In this document: piece after piece, positions 39,921 through 52,577 of the stretch
How the letters are laid out: every line of letters starts with the position of its first letter
Position numbering within the stretch: the first letter of the stretch is position 1
NCBI GenBank assembly: GCA_963796275.1
Contig: CAWCKY010000001.1
Location: forward strand, 480,001-544,000
Length of the DNA: 64,000 nt
Source: an uncultured Acidobacteriota bacterium
GTDB taxonomy: Bacteria > Acidobacteriota > Blastocatellia > RBC074
Direction: 5' to 3'
The notes under the pieces: model-generated
Seen by the model: only the letters and a program-made list of their open reading frames with translations
What the model was told of the DNA's origin: nothing
Databases searched by the model: none
Translations under genes and position numbers: made by a program

Positions 39921-42135
39921 TGCCGATCGGCGGCATGCCGGTGGTGCAGTATGGGCGATAGAGCACCGGCGCATTGGCGGGATTGAAGAGCGCCGGATCG
40001 AAGTTCGAGGCATCATCAAGACGCTGACGCCACTGTGAATACCAGCCCATTCGCAATCCGAAGTTCAGACTGACCCGCGCGTTCACTTTCCACTGGTCCT
40101 GTACATACCATTGCGCGAGCATCCTCTCGAGGTCCGTATGGGGACGGGCAGATGACTCGGAATAACCCCTGAAACTGCCGATGAGAGCGTTCGCATATGG
40201 ATGGCCTGTATTTCCGAGGGCGGCGGAGTAATTGCCGTCGTTGCTGCTGAAGTTGAATGTCCCGGACCAGTTGCCTCCCGGAGCCTCACCATTCCGCAGA
40301 CGCTCGATATAGACGCCCATCTTGTAATTGTGATTGCCTCGATTGATCGTGAGATTATTTGAGATCGACGGGAGGACATAATCCTCACCGACCTCACCCC
40401 AGCGATCGAGCCAGTTAATATTGGCTACCGTCGTGTTGGAAAAGCCGCCCCAACCGGTAGCTCGCGGGATCGTGCCGAGCGTATTGTTGCCGGGAAATAG
40501 TTGGGGTGCTGTGTAGTTCAGCGTGCTCCTGGCGAGACGCTCTACCTCGCCATCGGACGGAATGAAACCTTCTGAACTATGACGCAAGCCGACCGATACT
40601 TCGTTGACAACAGTCGGGCTGAAAATCCGTACCCAGTTGAACACTACGCCATCATCCTGGTACAGGTAATGCGAGTTGATCCCCCACCTATTATTGCCCC
40701 CGCCTGGCCATCCGGAAGTGTCGAACCCCTCATTATCTGATGTCCACGTCGATAGATTCACGTAGAAACTGTTTTTCTCCGTAGGTTTGAAATCAACGCG
40801 CATGACCTGGCTCAATTTCGGCACGTCAACGCTCTTCTGAACAACATAATTGTAGAAGTCCCCGGTCGCGATGCGGCCGTTCAGTGCATTTGGTAAAGGG
40901 AAGAAATTCAGCAGCGCCACACCGCTCTGATTCAACCGGTCGCGCGGAATTATATTTAAGCCCTGCGGGTTGTCCGGAGTCGCGCGCGAAGGATCGCGAA
41001 AACACGCCGTCTGATCGGTTGAAGTGCAATTTCCCGACAAAAGAGGATCGCGCACGAAAGCTTTGTTTGGGACCCCGCTCGAAGAAAGCGATCTAAATGA
41101 CTGCGAGAAATCGCCCTGTCGCTCACGTTCAGTGGGCACCGTCACAAATTTGGCGCTCTGTGGTGTAATCGTGTGAGGGCGCTCCAGTGAATAGAAGAAG
41201 AAGAGATGCTTCTTCTCTCTGTTGGGATACAGCAACGGCACGCGGACCGGCCCGCCGAAGTTGAAGCCCCAGATGTTATGCCGGTAGAGTCCCCTGGGCA
41301 GACCCACTTTATTATTGAAAAACTCATTGGCATTGAGCGCTTCATTGCGGAGGAAGTAGTAACCACTGCCGTTATAATCCTGCTTACCGCTCTTGGTGAC
41401 TATATTGATGTGAGCGCCGCCCTGGTTACCATACTCTGCCGCATAGTTATTGCGCAGAACCTTGACCTCTTCGACAGCGTCCTGGTTGATGGTCAGGCTC
41501 AACTTGTTGGAACCGCTCACGTCGTTGCCCATCAAGCCATTGACCGAAGCGATATTGGATCGCCCGCGTTGTCCCGAGACGTTGGGCAGATCGGTGCCGA
41601 AGCCTTCACCCACGGATTCGACGTCATCTACATAGGAGACTCCGGGTAGCAAACGCAAGAGAGAAGTGACGTCGCGCCCTTTCGTCGAGATCAGGCTGAT
41701 CTGATCGGAGGTCAGTCGCGCTGTAAGATCGCTGCCCTCCTTCTCAATCACAGCGCCTTCCGCCACCGTGGTGACTACTTCACTCACCTGGCCTACCTCC
41801 ATTATCAGCTTGCCCAACGCTAGATGTTCATTGGCGCTCAGGATGGTGTTCTTGCGCTCGAACCCGCGAAACCCCGAGGCATCTATTCTGATCGTATAAA
41901 CGCCTGGTTGCATTGCCGGTAGGCTGAAATCGCCCACCTCATTGGTAGTGGAAGTGCGCACGCTCCCATTTCGCTCGTCGAGGACCTTGACCCTGGCTCC
42001 GGTTATGACCTTGTCCGCTGCATCGAAGACCGTGCCTGTTATCGTTCCCGTGACCGTCTGGGCGAAAGAGAGAGTGAAAGTGATCAGCGTGCATATCAAC
42101 ACGCACAGAATGAAACGTAGTCTGTTGCTAGACAT
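39921..42135 (-). pseudogene. Oar-type TonB-dependent receptor, 3'-truncated
   Basis: CarboxypepD_reg N-terminus, DAVEEVKV..NYAAEYG, RNEALNANEFF, YVQDQWKV..LNFGLR, then fused to fucosidase DNA. Confidence 0.85.
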
Positions 42136-42372
42136 GGGAGATCTCCAATTGAAGCCGGTTCTTGCATTGAATTGAGTAGACCTTTCCCGGACGTCATAAA
42201 ACGTGGGTGAAAGGCTGTTTTGCCCGAAATTATTGAGGAGTGTGCGGAATTCAGAAGCGGGGATTCACCACAAAAAAAAGCATGACAGGGAAGCAGCAGA
42301 TGTCGCTTTATGTCCTTTGATCTCTTTATCTGATCTGTGTGGTGAACTTAGTCCCGATTCACGCACTATTTT

Positions 42373-45300
42373 TCAAAAACTAAATCTCAGCCCGAATTGC
42401 AACTGCCTGGGGGCCGTGCCGCTGGCCAGGTTCGTCACCCTCCCGACATTGGGAGCGATTTGAGTCGCATTAGTATTGATGGTGAGGTTCGTTGGGGCAT
42501 CGTAGTTTTGGACATTGAACACATTGAACGCTTCGAAGCGCAATTGCAGGTTCCACCCTTCGCGCACCGGGAAGCTCTTGAACATCGAGAAATCCATATT
42601 GAAGGCGCGCGGTCCTCTGAACACATTGCGGCCCAGGTTTCCGAAGGTCCCGGTGGGGATAGCGAATGCGCACGCATTGAACCAACTGCTGGAAGTGCGC
42701 ACCTCATCGGCGGCGCGCCCGCCCTGTGAAACCGTTCTCTGGCAATTCGGGTCGGGGTTCGCGGCTACCGGGCCCGCCACAAACGGATCAGCGATCAAGT
42801 TAGGGCGAAGGTAGTTGCCCGGAGGATTCGGTGCGCTCCCACGCAGGTTCGCGAGGTCACCCGCAACCTGCAGAGTGTATGGCTGTCCCGATCGTGCCTG
42901 CAGGATGTAGTTCGCCTGCCAGTTGCCCAGAATCCATGAAGCCGGACCGCTCTGCAGCCATCGCTTCCCTCGCCCCGCCGGAAGCTCATAGACCGTGGCC
43001 CACGAGAAGAAGTGTGTGATGTCGTATGACGATACGCCCCGGGCTGTGCTCTGATCATAGAAGTTTTGAATGGTCGACCCTCCGCCCAGACCGTTTTCAA
43101 CGTTGAAATAGCCGCTGCTCACGTCGGTCGATTTACTCCAGGTATAGGAGACTAACGTCTGCAAGCCGTCCGCAAATCGCCGCTGGAACCTTGTCTGTAA
43201 TGCGTTGTAATTGGAATAGCCCGTGCTCAAAGTGTAATTGATGTTCGCATTCACCCATGGCATCGGCCGCAAAGCGTCTACCGAGTCATTGAACGCCGCA
43301 GTGCAGGCGGCATCGCCTGCCGCGCAGGGATTCCTCGAAGCCTGCCGCGCGGTATTGGCGAAACCGGAATAAGGCAGCCTTCCGTTCTTGCTTCCGACGT
43401 ATGCAGCTGATACCACCGTAGTCGGCGTCAGCTCACGCTGAAACTCGAGATGCCACTGCTGTGAGTAACCATCCTTGTAATTGGGATCATCGCCGAACGT
43501 ATTGAATGGAGACCATGGATCGGTCGTCGGCAATGGGTTGGCAAATCCCTGGCCCTGCAGTTGAATGATGTTGGACGGCGTGCCGTTCACGAAGGCGGCA
43601 GGAGTATTCGCCGCTCCCCCAAAAGCAGTCGCGTCAGGCCATACCGCCAGCTCCAGATCGTTCTGCGCGTATTGGCTGCTGCGCGGGGACTGCATCCCAG
43701 TAGAGCCCGTAGCCCGCCCGCAGGACCGTCCTCGGATTGATCGCCCACGCCAGACCAATGCGCGGCCCCCAGTTGTCCTTCACTGGTTGAGGCGCGAAGA
43801 ATTCTTTGCCCGCAACTACCACGTTGTTGAAGTGAGGATCCGTCAGAAATGCATCCGGGATGCAGGGAGCCTGACCAGCCGCGCTGCACAGCGGCGGCAT
43901 CTCCCGCGCCCCGATAATCCAGCGCTGATTCGGCAGATCGAGCGCGTTCCAGAGCCGCCCATCCAGCGTTTTCGGCTGGGTCAGGTAATCGTAGCGCAAG
44001 CCCAAACTCAGCGTCACGTTGGACCTCACCTTCCATTCGTCCTGCAAATACGCCGCCCACGCGGCATACTTGAATTGGACCGGACCGCCGTGTTCGATCG
44101 GCAATTGAGCCTGAAAGTCATTGGGCAGACCCAGCAGGGCAGAGGCCAGCGACAAGCCCGTCGGAGTCGAGGTTCCCGGGTTGCGAGTCTGTTCGTCACT
44201 GAAGTTGTAACGCTGAAAGGTATTCAACTGGATGCGCTTGGCCTCAATGTACCAGAAACCAGTCTTGATGTTGTGCCGGCCTTTCAGCCAGATCAGGTTC
44301 GGCGTGATGCTCCAGTTCGGGTTCCCGCGTGGCGCAGCGCCGCGCACGCCGAAATCGTTATTGCCGCCGTTGGTCCAGTTCGCCGTATGAGTCGCACCAG
44401 CAAACCACCGTATTTGTCGATGTCGCCGAAACCGAGTTGCTTCATAGGCTCTATCCCCGCTTCGTGCTGATTCGACTGGCCGGAGTCCTCGCCCGGCCTG
44501 CCGGCATATCCTGCGCGCACATCGAGGATGTGTCTCGGACTGAAACTGTGCGTCCAGCCGCCGCCGTAATTCCTGCCCGCCGAACTGCCCCCGGTCGATC
44601 CGGCCTGTCCGATCGGATTGATCACCGTCACCCGGTGCTCGGTATAGCGGAAGAAGATATTGTCGGCATCGTTGAAGCGGTGATCGACTCTCACCTGAAA
44701 ACTATTCGAGTCGTTGGTCGTCGGCCGCGTTTGAACGAAGTTGTTTGTTGCATCCCCCGTAAAATTGGGGGTTGCCGAGTAGGCCTGGAAGAACTGCTGC
44801 ATCGGCGCGAAGATCAGCTCCTGCGGAAGCTTGTTGCAGGGAATCCCGAGGGCCTGGTCTTGCTGCCTCTGCGCATTCACCGGCAGCGGATTCCCCACCG
44901 CATCGCACCTGAAACGGTCACGGGTGAACGAAGCACCAACCCGCCTGGTGGAATATGGATTGTAAATGTCCCGGCGAATGCTCGAATTGGTGAAGTCTCC
45001 AGCTATCTCGGCGGCCGTCGGCACATAGGACAGGTTCAGGCTGGGCTGACTGTAGCGCCATCCGTCATAGCCGGCGGAGAAGAATGTTCGGTTCTTGACG
45101 ATCGGGCCGCTTACGACTGCGCCGAACTGGTTCTGGCGGAACGGCACGGGGCTGTCCGGCACAAGCTGGCCGAGTCGGCACCTCGCCGATGTACAGACAT
45201 CGAGGCCATTCCGCGCGTCGAACGCGTCGTTGCGCACATACTCGAAGGCCGCGCCGTGTATGCCATTGCCCCCGGACTTCGAGACCATGTTCATGATGCC

Positions 45301-46041
45301 GCCGGTGGCGCCGCCGAATTCGGACTTGGCGTCATGACCGACGACTTTGAACTCCTGAACCAGGTCGATGTTCGGAATTACGATGTATGTGGGCCCGCGG
45401 ATATTGGTGTTGATGATGCCGTCGAAAAAGTAGAGCTTCGAGCGGTTCTGCTGGCCGTGGAATGAAGGATCGGAAAAACCCGATCCGGGAATCCCGATAT
45501 TCCCCTCGACCCCGCCTACGTTTCTATTCTGTGAAGTGGAGACCGGAGTCACCCCGGGCGTGAGCGTCAGGAGCTGCGTGAAGTTCCTGCCATTCAGCGG
45601 CAGGTCCTGGACTACCCGCTCCTGAATCACGGTGCCCAGCTCGGACGAAGATTGCTGCACCAGCTCTCCCTCCGATGACACTTCCACAGTCTGGTTAACA
45701 TCGCCTACTGCCAACGGAACATTGCGTGTTACTGTCTGGTTGACCCCGACATCGAAATTAGGTACCTGTGCAGTTTTGAACCCCTGGGCTTCGACCCTGA
45801 GCACATACGTCCCGGGCCTGACATTGACGAGCGTAAAGAAGCCGCTCTCATTGGTTACCACCTGCGTTTCGATCTGTGTCGCCTGATTGACCAGTTTTAC
45901 GACCGCAGCCGGGACTCCCGCTCCCGCCTGATCGGCGACTGTTCCATTGACCTCGCCCGTAGCTGTCTGCGCGAAGCACTCCAACCCCCATCCAATAAGC
46001 GCTACCAACATCAATGACGATATCGCTCTCAATAGAATCAT
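42373..46041 (-). CDS. Oar-type TonB-dependent receptor, two single-base frameshifts (~44390, ~43683)
   Basis: DLPLNGRNF, RNDAFDARN, YLQDEWKV, FGNLGRN, RFEAFNVFN, PRQLQFGLRFSF end; three ORFs join colinearly. Confidence 0.88.
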
Positions 46042-46159
46042 AATTCCACCTTTGACTCTCCCCAGCCGATTCTCAATACACCTCTACCAACGCCCCATCC
46101 ACAGTTCCCAGCTAACTTCGATAATCGCTTTACCGGCCTTTCCACCGGCCTCACAGATC

Positions 46160-46370
46160 GATTGGTAATACCAATCATGCTTGCTAAATTCGGCTTATAC
46201 TACCAATCTCACTTCGTGTCAAGATACATCTTCACAAATCCAGCTTCACCATGCAGCAAAGTGGTTGCCAGATCTGAATAGCGCGCCTAGGAGCGATTGA
46301 CAGTAAATTCGGGAGCGTGCTAAAACCATTGGATGATAATGGCTTAATATAGCTGATTGGTAAGACCATT
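46160..46370. promoter_or_regulatory. Divergent sigma70 promoters with two FadR/GntR-type operators
   Basis: GATTGGTAATACCAATC (46160-46176) and GATTGGTAAGACCATT (46355-46370); TTGACA 46217-46222 (-) with TATAAG; TTGACA 46297-46302 (+) with TGcTAAAAC. Confidence 0.75.
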
Positions 46371-46451
46371 CAAGCCTGCCGGGATGTTAAAGGTACATCT
46401 TGATGTGCGAATTCGCTTCCTGGTTGAACGGAAAACTTAATGGAATAAAAG

Positions 46452-47816
46452 ATGAAAATCACCGAAATCGTCCCCCTTGATTTGCGCTTCCCTACGTCTC
46501 GATCGCGAGCGGGGTCAGATGCAATGAATCCCGATCCCGATTACTCGGCCGCTTACGTAATTCTGCGAACCGACAGTCCGCAGGGTTTGGAGGGCCATGG
46601 CCTGACATTCACCATCGGACGTGGCAATGAGTTGTGTGTCGCAGCGATCAAGGCGTTAGCGCCGCTCATATTGGGCCAGCGGCTAGAGGAGCTGGCTGCT
46701 GATCCGGGGGCATTTTGGAGCCGTCTGACGGGAGACAGCCAGTTGCGCTGGATCGGTCCGGAGAAAGGCGTCATTCACCTGGCGACGGCAGCGGTTGTCA
46801 ATGCGGTCTGGGATCTGTACGCCAAATCGGAGGGGAAACCGCTCTGGAAGCTTCTGGTAGACATGCCGCCGGAGCAGCTTGTTTCAGCGATCCCATTCGA
46901 GTATCTGGAGGATGCCATCACCCCCCAGGAAGCGCTCGATTTACTGCAGCGCAATGGGCCGGCGCGTTCCGTGCGCGAAGCCGAGCTCATCAGACGCGGC
47001 TTCCCCGCATATATCACTTCAGCCGGATGGATGGGCTATTCGGACGATCGGGTTCGCAGCCTTTTGTACGATGCTCTTGCGCAGGGATGGACGCATTTCA
47101 AGATGAAAGTGGGTCGCAATCTACAAGAAGACTGCCGGCGCGCCGCCCTCATTCGTGAGGTGATCGGCTGGGATCGAAAATTGATGATGGACGCCAATCA
47201 GGTCTGGAATGTGCCGCAGGCGATCGCGTACATGAGCGAGCTGAAACGATACGCGCCTCATTGGATCGAGGAGCCGACCAGCCCGGATGACGTGCTCGGG
47301 CATGCAGCCATCGCGAGAGCCATAGCCCCGATCGGCGTGGCGACCGGGGAGCACTGCCACAACCGCATAATGTTCAAACAGTTCCTGCAGGCAAATGCCA
47401 TGAGCTTCTGTCAGATCGACAGTTGCCGCCTGGGCGGAGTCAATGAGGCGCTGGCCGTTATCTTGCTGGCGGCGAAGTTCGGCGTTCCGATCTGCCCGCA
47501 CGCGGGAGGAGTCGGGCTATGCGAGTATGTGCAGCACCTTTCGATCTTTGATTACATCTGCGTGAGCGCATCGCTTGAGGCGCGGATGCTCGAGTACGTC
47601 GATCATCTACACGAGCACTTCATCGATCCGGTGGTGATTCGCGACGGCAATTACCTGGTGCCGCAGGCCCCCGGTTACAGCATCACAATGAAACCGGAAT
47701 CGCTCGACTATTACGAATTCCCCAACGGAGGGGCCTGGGCAGAGCAAGGTGTCGATGGGAAGGCCAGACATCCTGGGCTTGAGTCTATTGCACAGGACCT
47801 GGAGAGATTTGTCTGA
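46452..47816 (+). CDS. fucD: L-fuconate dehydratase (enolase superfamily)
   Basis: GSDAMNPDPDYS, FTIGRGN, QLRWIGPEKGVIHLA, KMKVG, MDANQ, IEEPTSPDD, PHAGGVGLCE. Confidence 0.92.
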   Translation: MKITEIVPLDLRFPTSRSRAGSDAMNPDPDYSAAYVILRTDSPQGLEGHGLTFTIGRGNELCVAAIKALAPLILGQRLEELAADPGAFWSRLTGDSQLRWIGPEKGVIHLATAAVVNAVWDLYAKSEGKPLWKLLVDMPPEQLVSAIPFEYLEDAITPQEALDLLQRNGPARSVREAELIRRGFPAYITSAGWMGYSDDRVRSLLYDALAQGWTHFKMKVGRNLQEDCRRAALIREVIGWDRKLMMDANQVWNVPQAIAYMSELKRYAPHWIEEPTSPDDVLGHAAIARAIAPIGVATGEHCHNRIMFKQFLQANAMSFCQIDSCRLGGVNEALAVILLAAKFGVPICPHAGGVGLCEYVQHLSIFDYICVSASLEARMLEYVDHLHEHFIDPVVIRDGNYLVPQAPGYSITMKPESLDYYEFPNGGAWAEQGVDGKARHPGLESIAQDLERFV

Positions 47817-48059
47817 GACAATTACAGCATGTTCAAAATGCACCTCAGCTGATATATCGCATTTTGTTCCTTATAACCCTCGTTCTAATTGCTCATTCTT
47901 AAACTATTTGTACAATTAAAACCTGGGATGGTCATCGATTCTGAGAGCCTTTCAACATTCCAGTGTCAATAGTAATATCAGAAAGGAAGAGAACTGAGTG
48001 GTGAACAGATTTTGCAGTCGCTCTATAGCCACTGACACCACCGAACGCTTGATTCGGAA

Positions 48060-48749
48060 ATGAAGTTATTATGCATTTGGGTCATCGTGTTGATGCTCCC
48101 CTTCCGTTTTCCGCACGCTCAGGCACAGACGCCGTTGCTGCCCCCCCGCGAGGATCGGCAATTTTGGGGTGAGACTCAGATCACCAAGCCGCTAACAGAC
48201 GATAAAGACCTTATCATTATCGGTGTACTGCGCTTCGGGCGCGAAGTGCATCGTCCGGTCGATGAACGCATCGGTGGCGGCGTCGCATTCAAGATGAATA
48301 AGTATGTGACGCTGATGCCGACCTATTTGTATGTAGATCAACAACCGTTTGAAGGAAGTCGCATCAGGGAACACCGCCTGATTTTCAATTTAACCGGGAA
48401 AATAGGGCTGGGCAACTTCACCTTCACTGATCGCAATCTGCTCGAACGCCGTGTGCGCCACGGGACCCCGGATTTCACAGTATATCGAAATCGATTGCAG
48501 GTCGATCATCCGGCACGCATCGGCACATTCCAGTTCAAGCCATTTCTGGCAGGCGAGATTTTCCATTCTACCCAAGCTGGGGCCGATGGTTCGCAGGGAT
48601 GGTTCCGAAAGCGTTATTCGGCAGGAATCATGAGACAGTTCAGCAAGCGCTTCAACGCAGAGGTTTTCTATCTTTATCAGCAAGATAGTATCAGTCGCCC
48701 GGGCAATATACACGCCGTTGGAACGCTCTTCCGCGTTTACCTTAATTGA
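48060..48749 (+). CDS. DUF2490 outer-membrane beta-barrel protein
   Basis: Signal peptide, EHR...DRNLLERR...YRNRL...EIF pattern. Confidence 0.8.
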   Translation: MKLLCIWVIVLMLPFRFPHAQAQTPLLPPREDRQFWGETQITKPLTDDKDLIIIGVLRFGREVHRPVDERIGGGVAFKMNKYVTLMPTYLYVDQQPFEGSRIREHRLIFNLTGKIGLGNFTFTDRNLLERRVRHGTPDFTVYRNRLQVDHPARIGTFQFKPFLAGEIFHSTQAGADGSQGWFRKRYSAGIMRQFSKRFNAEVFYLYQQDSISRPGNIHAVGTLFRVYLN

Positions 48750-48906
48750 AATGCAATCTTGCCGCGCTCTGACAAGTTAAATCTAGAATAAACGGCAATT
48801 GGCAAAGGAGCCGTATGTCCCCAATAAAGGACAGATGGCCGAATGATATCTTGATCTGGTGGATATCGGTGAAGATGCAACCACGTCATCCCGCGTAGGG
48901 GCAGAG

Positions 48907-49368
48907 CTATGTGTACCTGTGTAAGGCGAGCACCTCAATATCATCGCCATTCCGCACCATTCCGCCCTTCACAATTATCCCGAGTTGCCCGCAGTGGCCG
49001 TAGAGCTTTTTAGGCAGCCGATTATCGATCTTCGTTATATTGCGGCACGGCTTGCGCGCCTCGACGATCTCTATCACTGTTTCTCCAACCCGGAGCTGCG
49101 CGCCTGGTTGGAGCGAGTCGAGCGGGATGGCTTCCGTCAATAAATTGGTGCTCAGCTCCTCTGGAGCAATTATGAAACCTTCCGATTCCATTTGGCGCAT
49201 GACTTCTATCGAGAAGAGGCTCACCTGCCGTTCGGGATCGCGCCCGGCGTGGCTGTCTCCCTTCAAGCCGTGGCCAGCGATAAGCTCGGCTGAATCGACG
49301 AATCTCTTCTTTTCGCCTTTCTGGTCGCCAATGTAGATGCCTTTGACTTTTCCATCAAGAGATTTCAT
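48907..49368 (-). CDS. MOSC domain protein
   Basis: [30 protein letters not shown]. Confidence 0.88.
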   Translation of the reverse strand: MKSLDGKVKGIYIGDQKGEKKRFVDSAELIAGHGLKGDSHAGRDPERQVSLFSIEVMRQMESEGFIIAPEELSTNLLTEAIPLDSLQPGAQLRVGETVIEIVEARKPCRNITKIDNRLPKKLYGHCGQLGIIVKGGMVRNGDDIEVLALHRYT

Positions 49369-49369
49369 T

Positions 49370-51487
49370 TCAATAATCTGCAAGCCCCTCGATCGCTTTC
49401 AACACATCGCTGACCTGCGGCAATGTGGCATCTTCAACATCGGGCGCGTATGAGACGAAGCAATCGAGAGCGCCGACGCGCCTGACCGGCGCATCGAGAT
49501 ATTCGAACAATTCATTGGCGATGCGCGCCGCGATCTCCGCACCATAGCCCCACGAGATCGAATCTTCGTGAACAACCACCACCCGGCTGGTCTTTTTCAC
49601 GCTCTTCTCGATCGCATTCCAGTCATACGGACTGAGGCTGCGCAGATCGATCACTTCGGCATCGATGCCTTCCTCAGCCGCTTGTTTGGCGGCAACCAGC
49701 GAGCGGTGCACGAGCGCCCCGTAGGTGACGATCGTCAGGTCCGTTCCCTCACGGACGACCTTCGCTTTACCGAAGGGAATCATAAAATCGTCGCCCGGAT
49801 AACGGCTCTTATTATAAGCCTGGCGATAGAGATGTTTATGCTCTAAAAACAGGACCGGGTCATCGCACCGGATCGCCGTCCTCAGCAGGCCGTTGGCGTC
49901 GAGCGCGGTGGCAGGCATAACGACGCGCCAGCCCGGAATCGAGGTGAACGTCGCGACGCCCGATTGGCTGTGATAGATGGCTCCGCCTCTCAGATACCCG
50001 CCGACCGGAACGCGCACGACCATCGGGCATTTCCAACTGTTGTTCGAACGCCAGCGAAGCAACGCCACTTCATTGCGGAGCTGCATAAAAGCCGGCCAGA
50101 TGTAATCGAAGAACTGGATCTCGGTCACCGGTTTCAATCCGCGTGCCCCCATCCCAAGTGCCCGGCCGATGATGCTCGCCTCGGCGAGCGGCGTGTTATA
50201 GACGCGATCACTCCCGAATTCGCGCTGCAGGTTGGCGGTCACCTTAAAGACGCCCCCTTTGCCTTTCACGCGGTCGAGATATTCAGTTCGGCTCACGTCA
50301 GCCACATCTTCGCCCAGCACGACGATGCGCGGCTCGCGCGCCATCTCCTCGTGAAGGCAGCGGTTGATCAGATCAACCATAGTGCCTTCGTTTCCGCTCA
50401 ATACTGCCTGGTCTTCCGTATCGAAGGCGGAAGATGTCGGATCGATGTCGGGCGAATATATATATAGGGTCGCCGATTCTCTGGACGGTTGCGGAATAGC
50501 CATGGCGCGGTCTGCCGCTTCGTTGATCTCCTGTTCGGCATCGTTCCTCACCTTTTCCAGCCCCTCCTGAGTGATGATGCCTTCGCTGACCAGGAACTCG
50601 CCCAACTTCTTGATCGGGTCGCGCGCCGCATCTCTCTCTCGCTCTTCTGCAGGCCGGTATAGTTTTTCGTCATCCGATTGCGAATGAGAATAAGGTCGAA
50701 TGACGTGAGCGTGGATAAGTGCGGGACCGCGGCGCGCCCGACAGTATTCGAATGCTCTCTTCATCGCCTCATAACTCTCGAGCAGGTCTGTGCCGTCGCA
50801 TTCCTCAAGATAAAGATCGGGGAAGCCTCTGACGAGTTGCGAGATGCTTCCGCCAGCCGTCTGTACCTCGACCGGGACCGAAATGGCATAACCGTTGTCT
50901 TCGATGAGATAGAGAAGCGGCAGTTTGAGTAGGCAGGCGGCATTGAGCGATTCGAAGAATTCGCCCTCGCTCGTCGCTCCGTCCCCCGCTGAAACGTAGA
51001 CAACCTCATCCTCCTTGAATCGCGAGGCGCGGTCTTCGATCTCCTTTATCAGCGAATAACGGTAGCCGGCCTCAGCCGTGCCGACGGCCTGCAGGAACTG
51101 CGTGCCCGTGCAGGAAGAGCGCGAGACTATATGGAGTTCCGGAGAGCTCCAGTGCGAGGGCATCTGGCGCGAACCCGAAAGAGGGTCGTCTTTGGCCGCA
51201 ACGGCCCCGAGCAGATGATCATAAGGTGTCATGCCCAATTGCAGTGTAAGTGCGCGGTCCCGATAGTACCCGTAGAACCAATCGTAACCAGGCCGTAAAA
51301 CCAGACCTGCCGCCACTACAACAGCTTCGTGCCCCGCACCGTTGATCTGAAAATATGTGCGGTTCTGACGCTTGAGTAGAAGTTCCTTGTCATCAAGCCT
51401 GCGCGAGGTGTACATCGTGCGGTATGCCTTGATGAGAGTCGCCGGGGCGAGCGTATATCGGTGTGCAAGCGATAGTTCAGATACCAT
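49370..51487 (-). CDS. Fused E1 alpha/beta 2-oxoacid (probably branched-chain) dehydrogenase
   Basis: GAGHEA, YYRD, TPP motif GDGATSEG...[26 protein letters not shown]. Confidence 0.93.
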   Translation of the reverse strand: MVSELSLAHRYTLAPATLIKAYRTMYTSRRLDDKELLLKRQNRTYFQINGAGHEAVVVAAGLVLRPGYDWFYGYYRDRALTLQLGMTPYDHLLGAVAAKDDPLSGSRQMPSHWSSPELHIVSRSSCTGTQFLQAVGTAEAGYRYSLIKEIEDRASRFKEDEVVYVSAGDGATSEGEFFESLNAACLLKLPLLYLIEDNGYAISVPVEVQTAGGSISQLVRGFPDLYLEECDGTDLLESYEAMKRAFEYCRARRGPALIHAHVIRPYSHSQSDDEKLYRPAEERERDAARDPIKKLGEFLVSEGIITQEGLEKVRNDAEQEINEAADRAMAIPQPSRESATLYIYSPDIDPTSSAFDTEDQAVLSGNEGTMVDLINRCLHEEMAREPRIVVLGEDVADVSRTEYLDRVKGKGGVFKVTANLQREFGSDRVYNTPLAEASIIGRALGMGARGLKPVTEIQFFDYIWPAFMQLRNEVALLRWRSNNSWKCPMVVRVPVGGYLRGGAIYHSQSGVATFTSIPGWRVVMPATALDANGLLRTAIRCDDPVLFLEHKHLYRQAYNKSRYPGDDFMIPFGKAKVVREGTDLTIVTYGALVHRSLVAAKQAAEEGIDAEVIDLRSLSPYDWNAIEKSVKKTSRVVVVHEDSISWGYGAEIAARIANELFEYLDAPVRRVGALDCFVSYAPDVEDATLPQVSDVLKAIEGLADY

Positions 51488-51680
51488 GTTTCCTGTGTCT
51501 CCTTAAGCTGGCCTATAGACTCGTATTCTGTGGCCCCGTCCTGCATGGGGAAAGGTTAAGTCTCTAATGCCTCCGTATTATCTTGAGCGGTGGATACTCA
51601 AGTCTATACAAGCGCGGCAATATTGTGCAAGCCACTGTGGTATTGCAATAATTTGCCAATTGGTATTACAAAATCACTAT

Positions 51681-51971
51681 ATGAAATTGAATGAAACTCA
51701 AATTAATCAATCTCTATCTCAAATTGGAGAATGGCGTCGCGACGGAAATATGCTGGTTCGCGATTTCAAATTCGAGAACTTCAAACGTGCGATCGATTTC
51801 GTCAATCGTATCGCGGATGAGGCTGAAGCGTTGGACCATCACCCCGATATTTTACTTCACGGGTGGAACAACGTTCGCCTGAGCGTGACGACGCACAGCG
51901 AAGGCGGGTTAACGGAGAAGGATTTCGACCTGGCAACCAGAATCAACCGTGTGCCGATGGCGAATTCATAA
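51681..51971 (+). CDS. phhB: Pterin-4-alpha-carbinolamine dehydratase
   Basis: DHHPDI...TTHSEGGLTEKDF. Confidence 0.92.
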   Translation: MKLNETQINQSLSQIGEWRRDGNMLVRDFKFENFKRAIDFVNRIADEAEALDHHPDILLHGWNNVRLSVTTHSEGGLTEKDFDLATRINRVPMANS

Positions 51972-52022
51972 CTCCGCAATCCACCAACCGCGGTTGACAG
52001 TGCACCAATTGATAGGAATGAC

Positions 52023-52577
52023 ATGCAAGAGACGTTGAATCCGCTCAGTGTACTTAGTGCGATGATCACGCCGGCAGTCTTGATATCAGCGTGCGGGACG
52101 CTGGTATTTTCGACCTCGACCAGGCTCTCCCGCGTCGTCGATCGGGTGCGCGAGCTGGGTCGAATTATCGAAAGCCTCTCTGCCTCTGATAAGCCGGAAT
52201 TTATCGAAGAGCGTCTATCCGAGATAGAGCGGCAATTGGTGATCAATACGCGTCGCAGCGGTTACATTCAACACGCTCTCACGAGTTTTTATATCTCGCT
52301 CGGCCTTCTGGTAGCATCGACGGTTGCCATCGCATTCGTCTCACTGCTCCGCTTTTCAATGTGGTTTCCCAATATTCTGGGAATTATGGGGACGATAACC
52401 CTTTTCTATGGGTGCATCGCGCTAATCGCTGAAGCCCACCTGGCGCTGCGCTCGGTCCGGTCGGAGATGCAATTCACGATTATGCTGAACAATAAATACC
52501 GGCAACATCGACTCATAAGAAATCCAGGAAATGCCGAGAGCGCAGAGGCCGGGCAGAGTGGGACTGGTAGGACTTAG
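52023..52577 (+). CDS. DUF2721 membrane protein
   Basis: MITPAVLISACG...RLSRVVDRVR. Confidence 0.8.
   Translation: MQETLNPLSVLSAMITPAVLISACGTLVFSTSTRLSRVVDRVRELGRIIESLSASDKPEFIEERLSEIERQLVINTRRSGYIQHALTSFYISLGLLVASTVAIAFVSLLRFSMWFPNILGIMGTITLFYGCIALIAEAHLALRSVRSEMQFTIMLNNKYRQHRLIRNPGNAESAEAGQSGTGRT

Noticed and set aside
39739-42135. Functional TBDR-fucosidase fusion protein
   Set aside because: The junction is out of frame and both parts lack essential regions
44329-45465. Long antisense ORFs (also 864-1607, 9596-10363, 36451-37254, 43565-44470, 59068-60003)
   Set aside because: Opposite well-supported genes in GC-rich DNA; no recognisable domains
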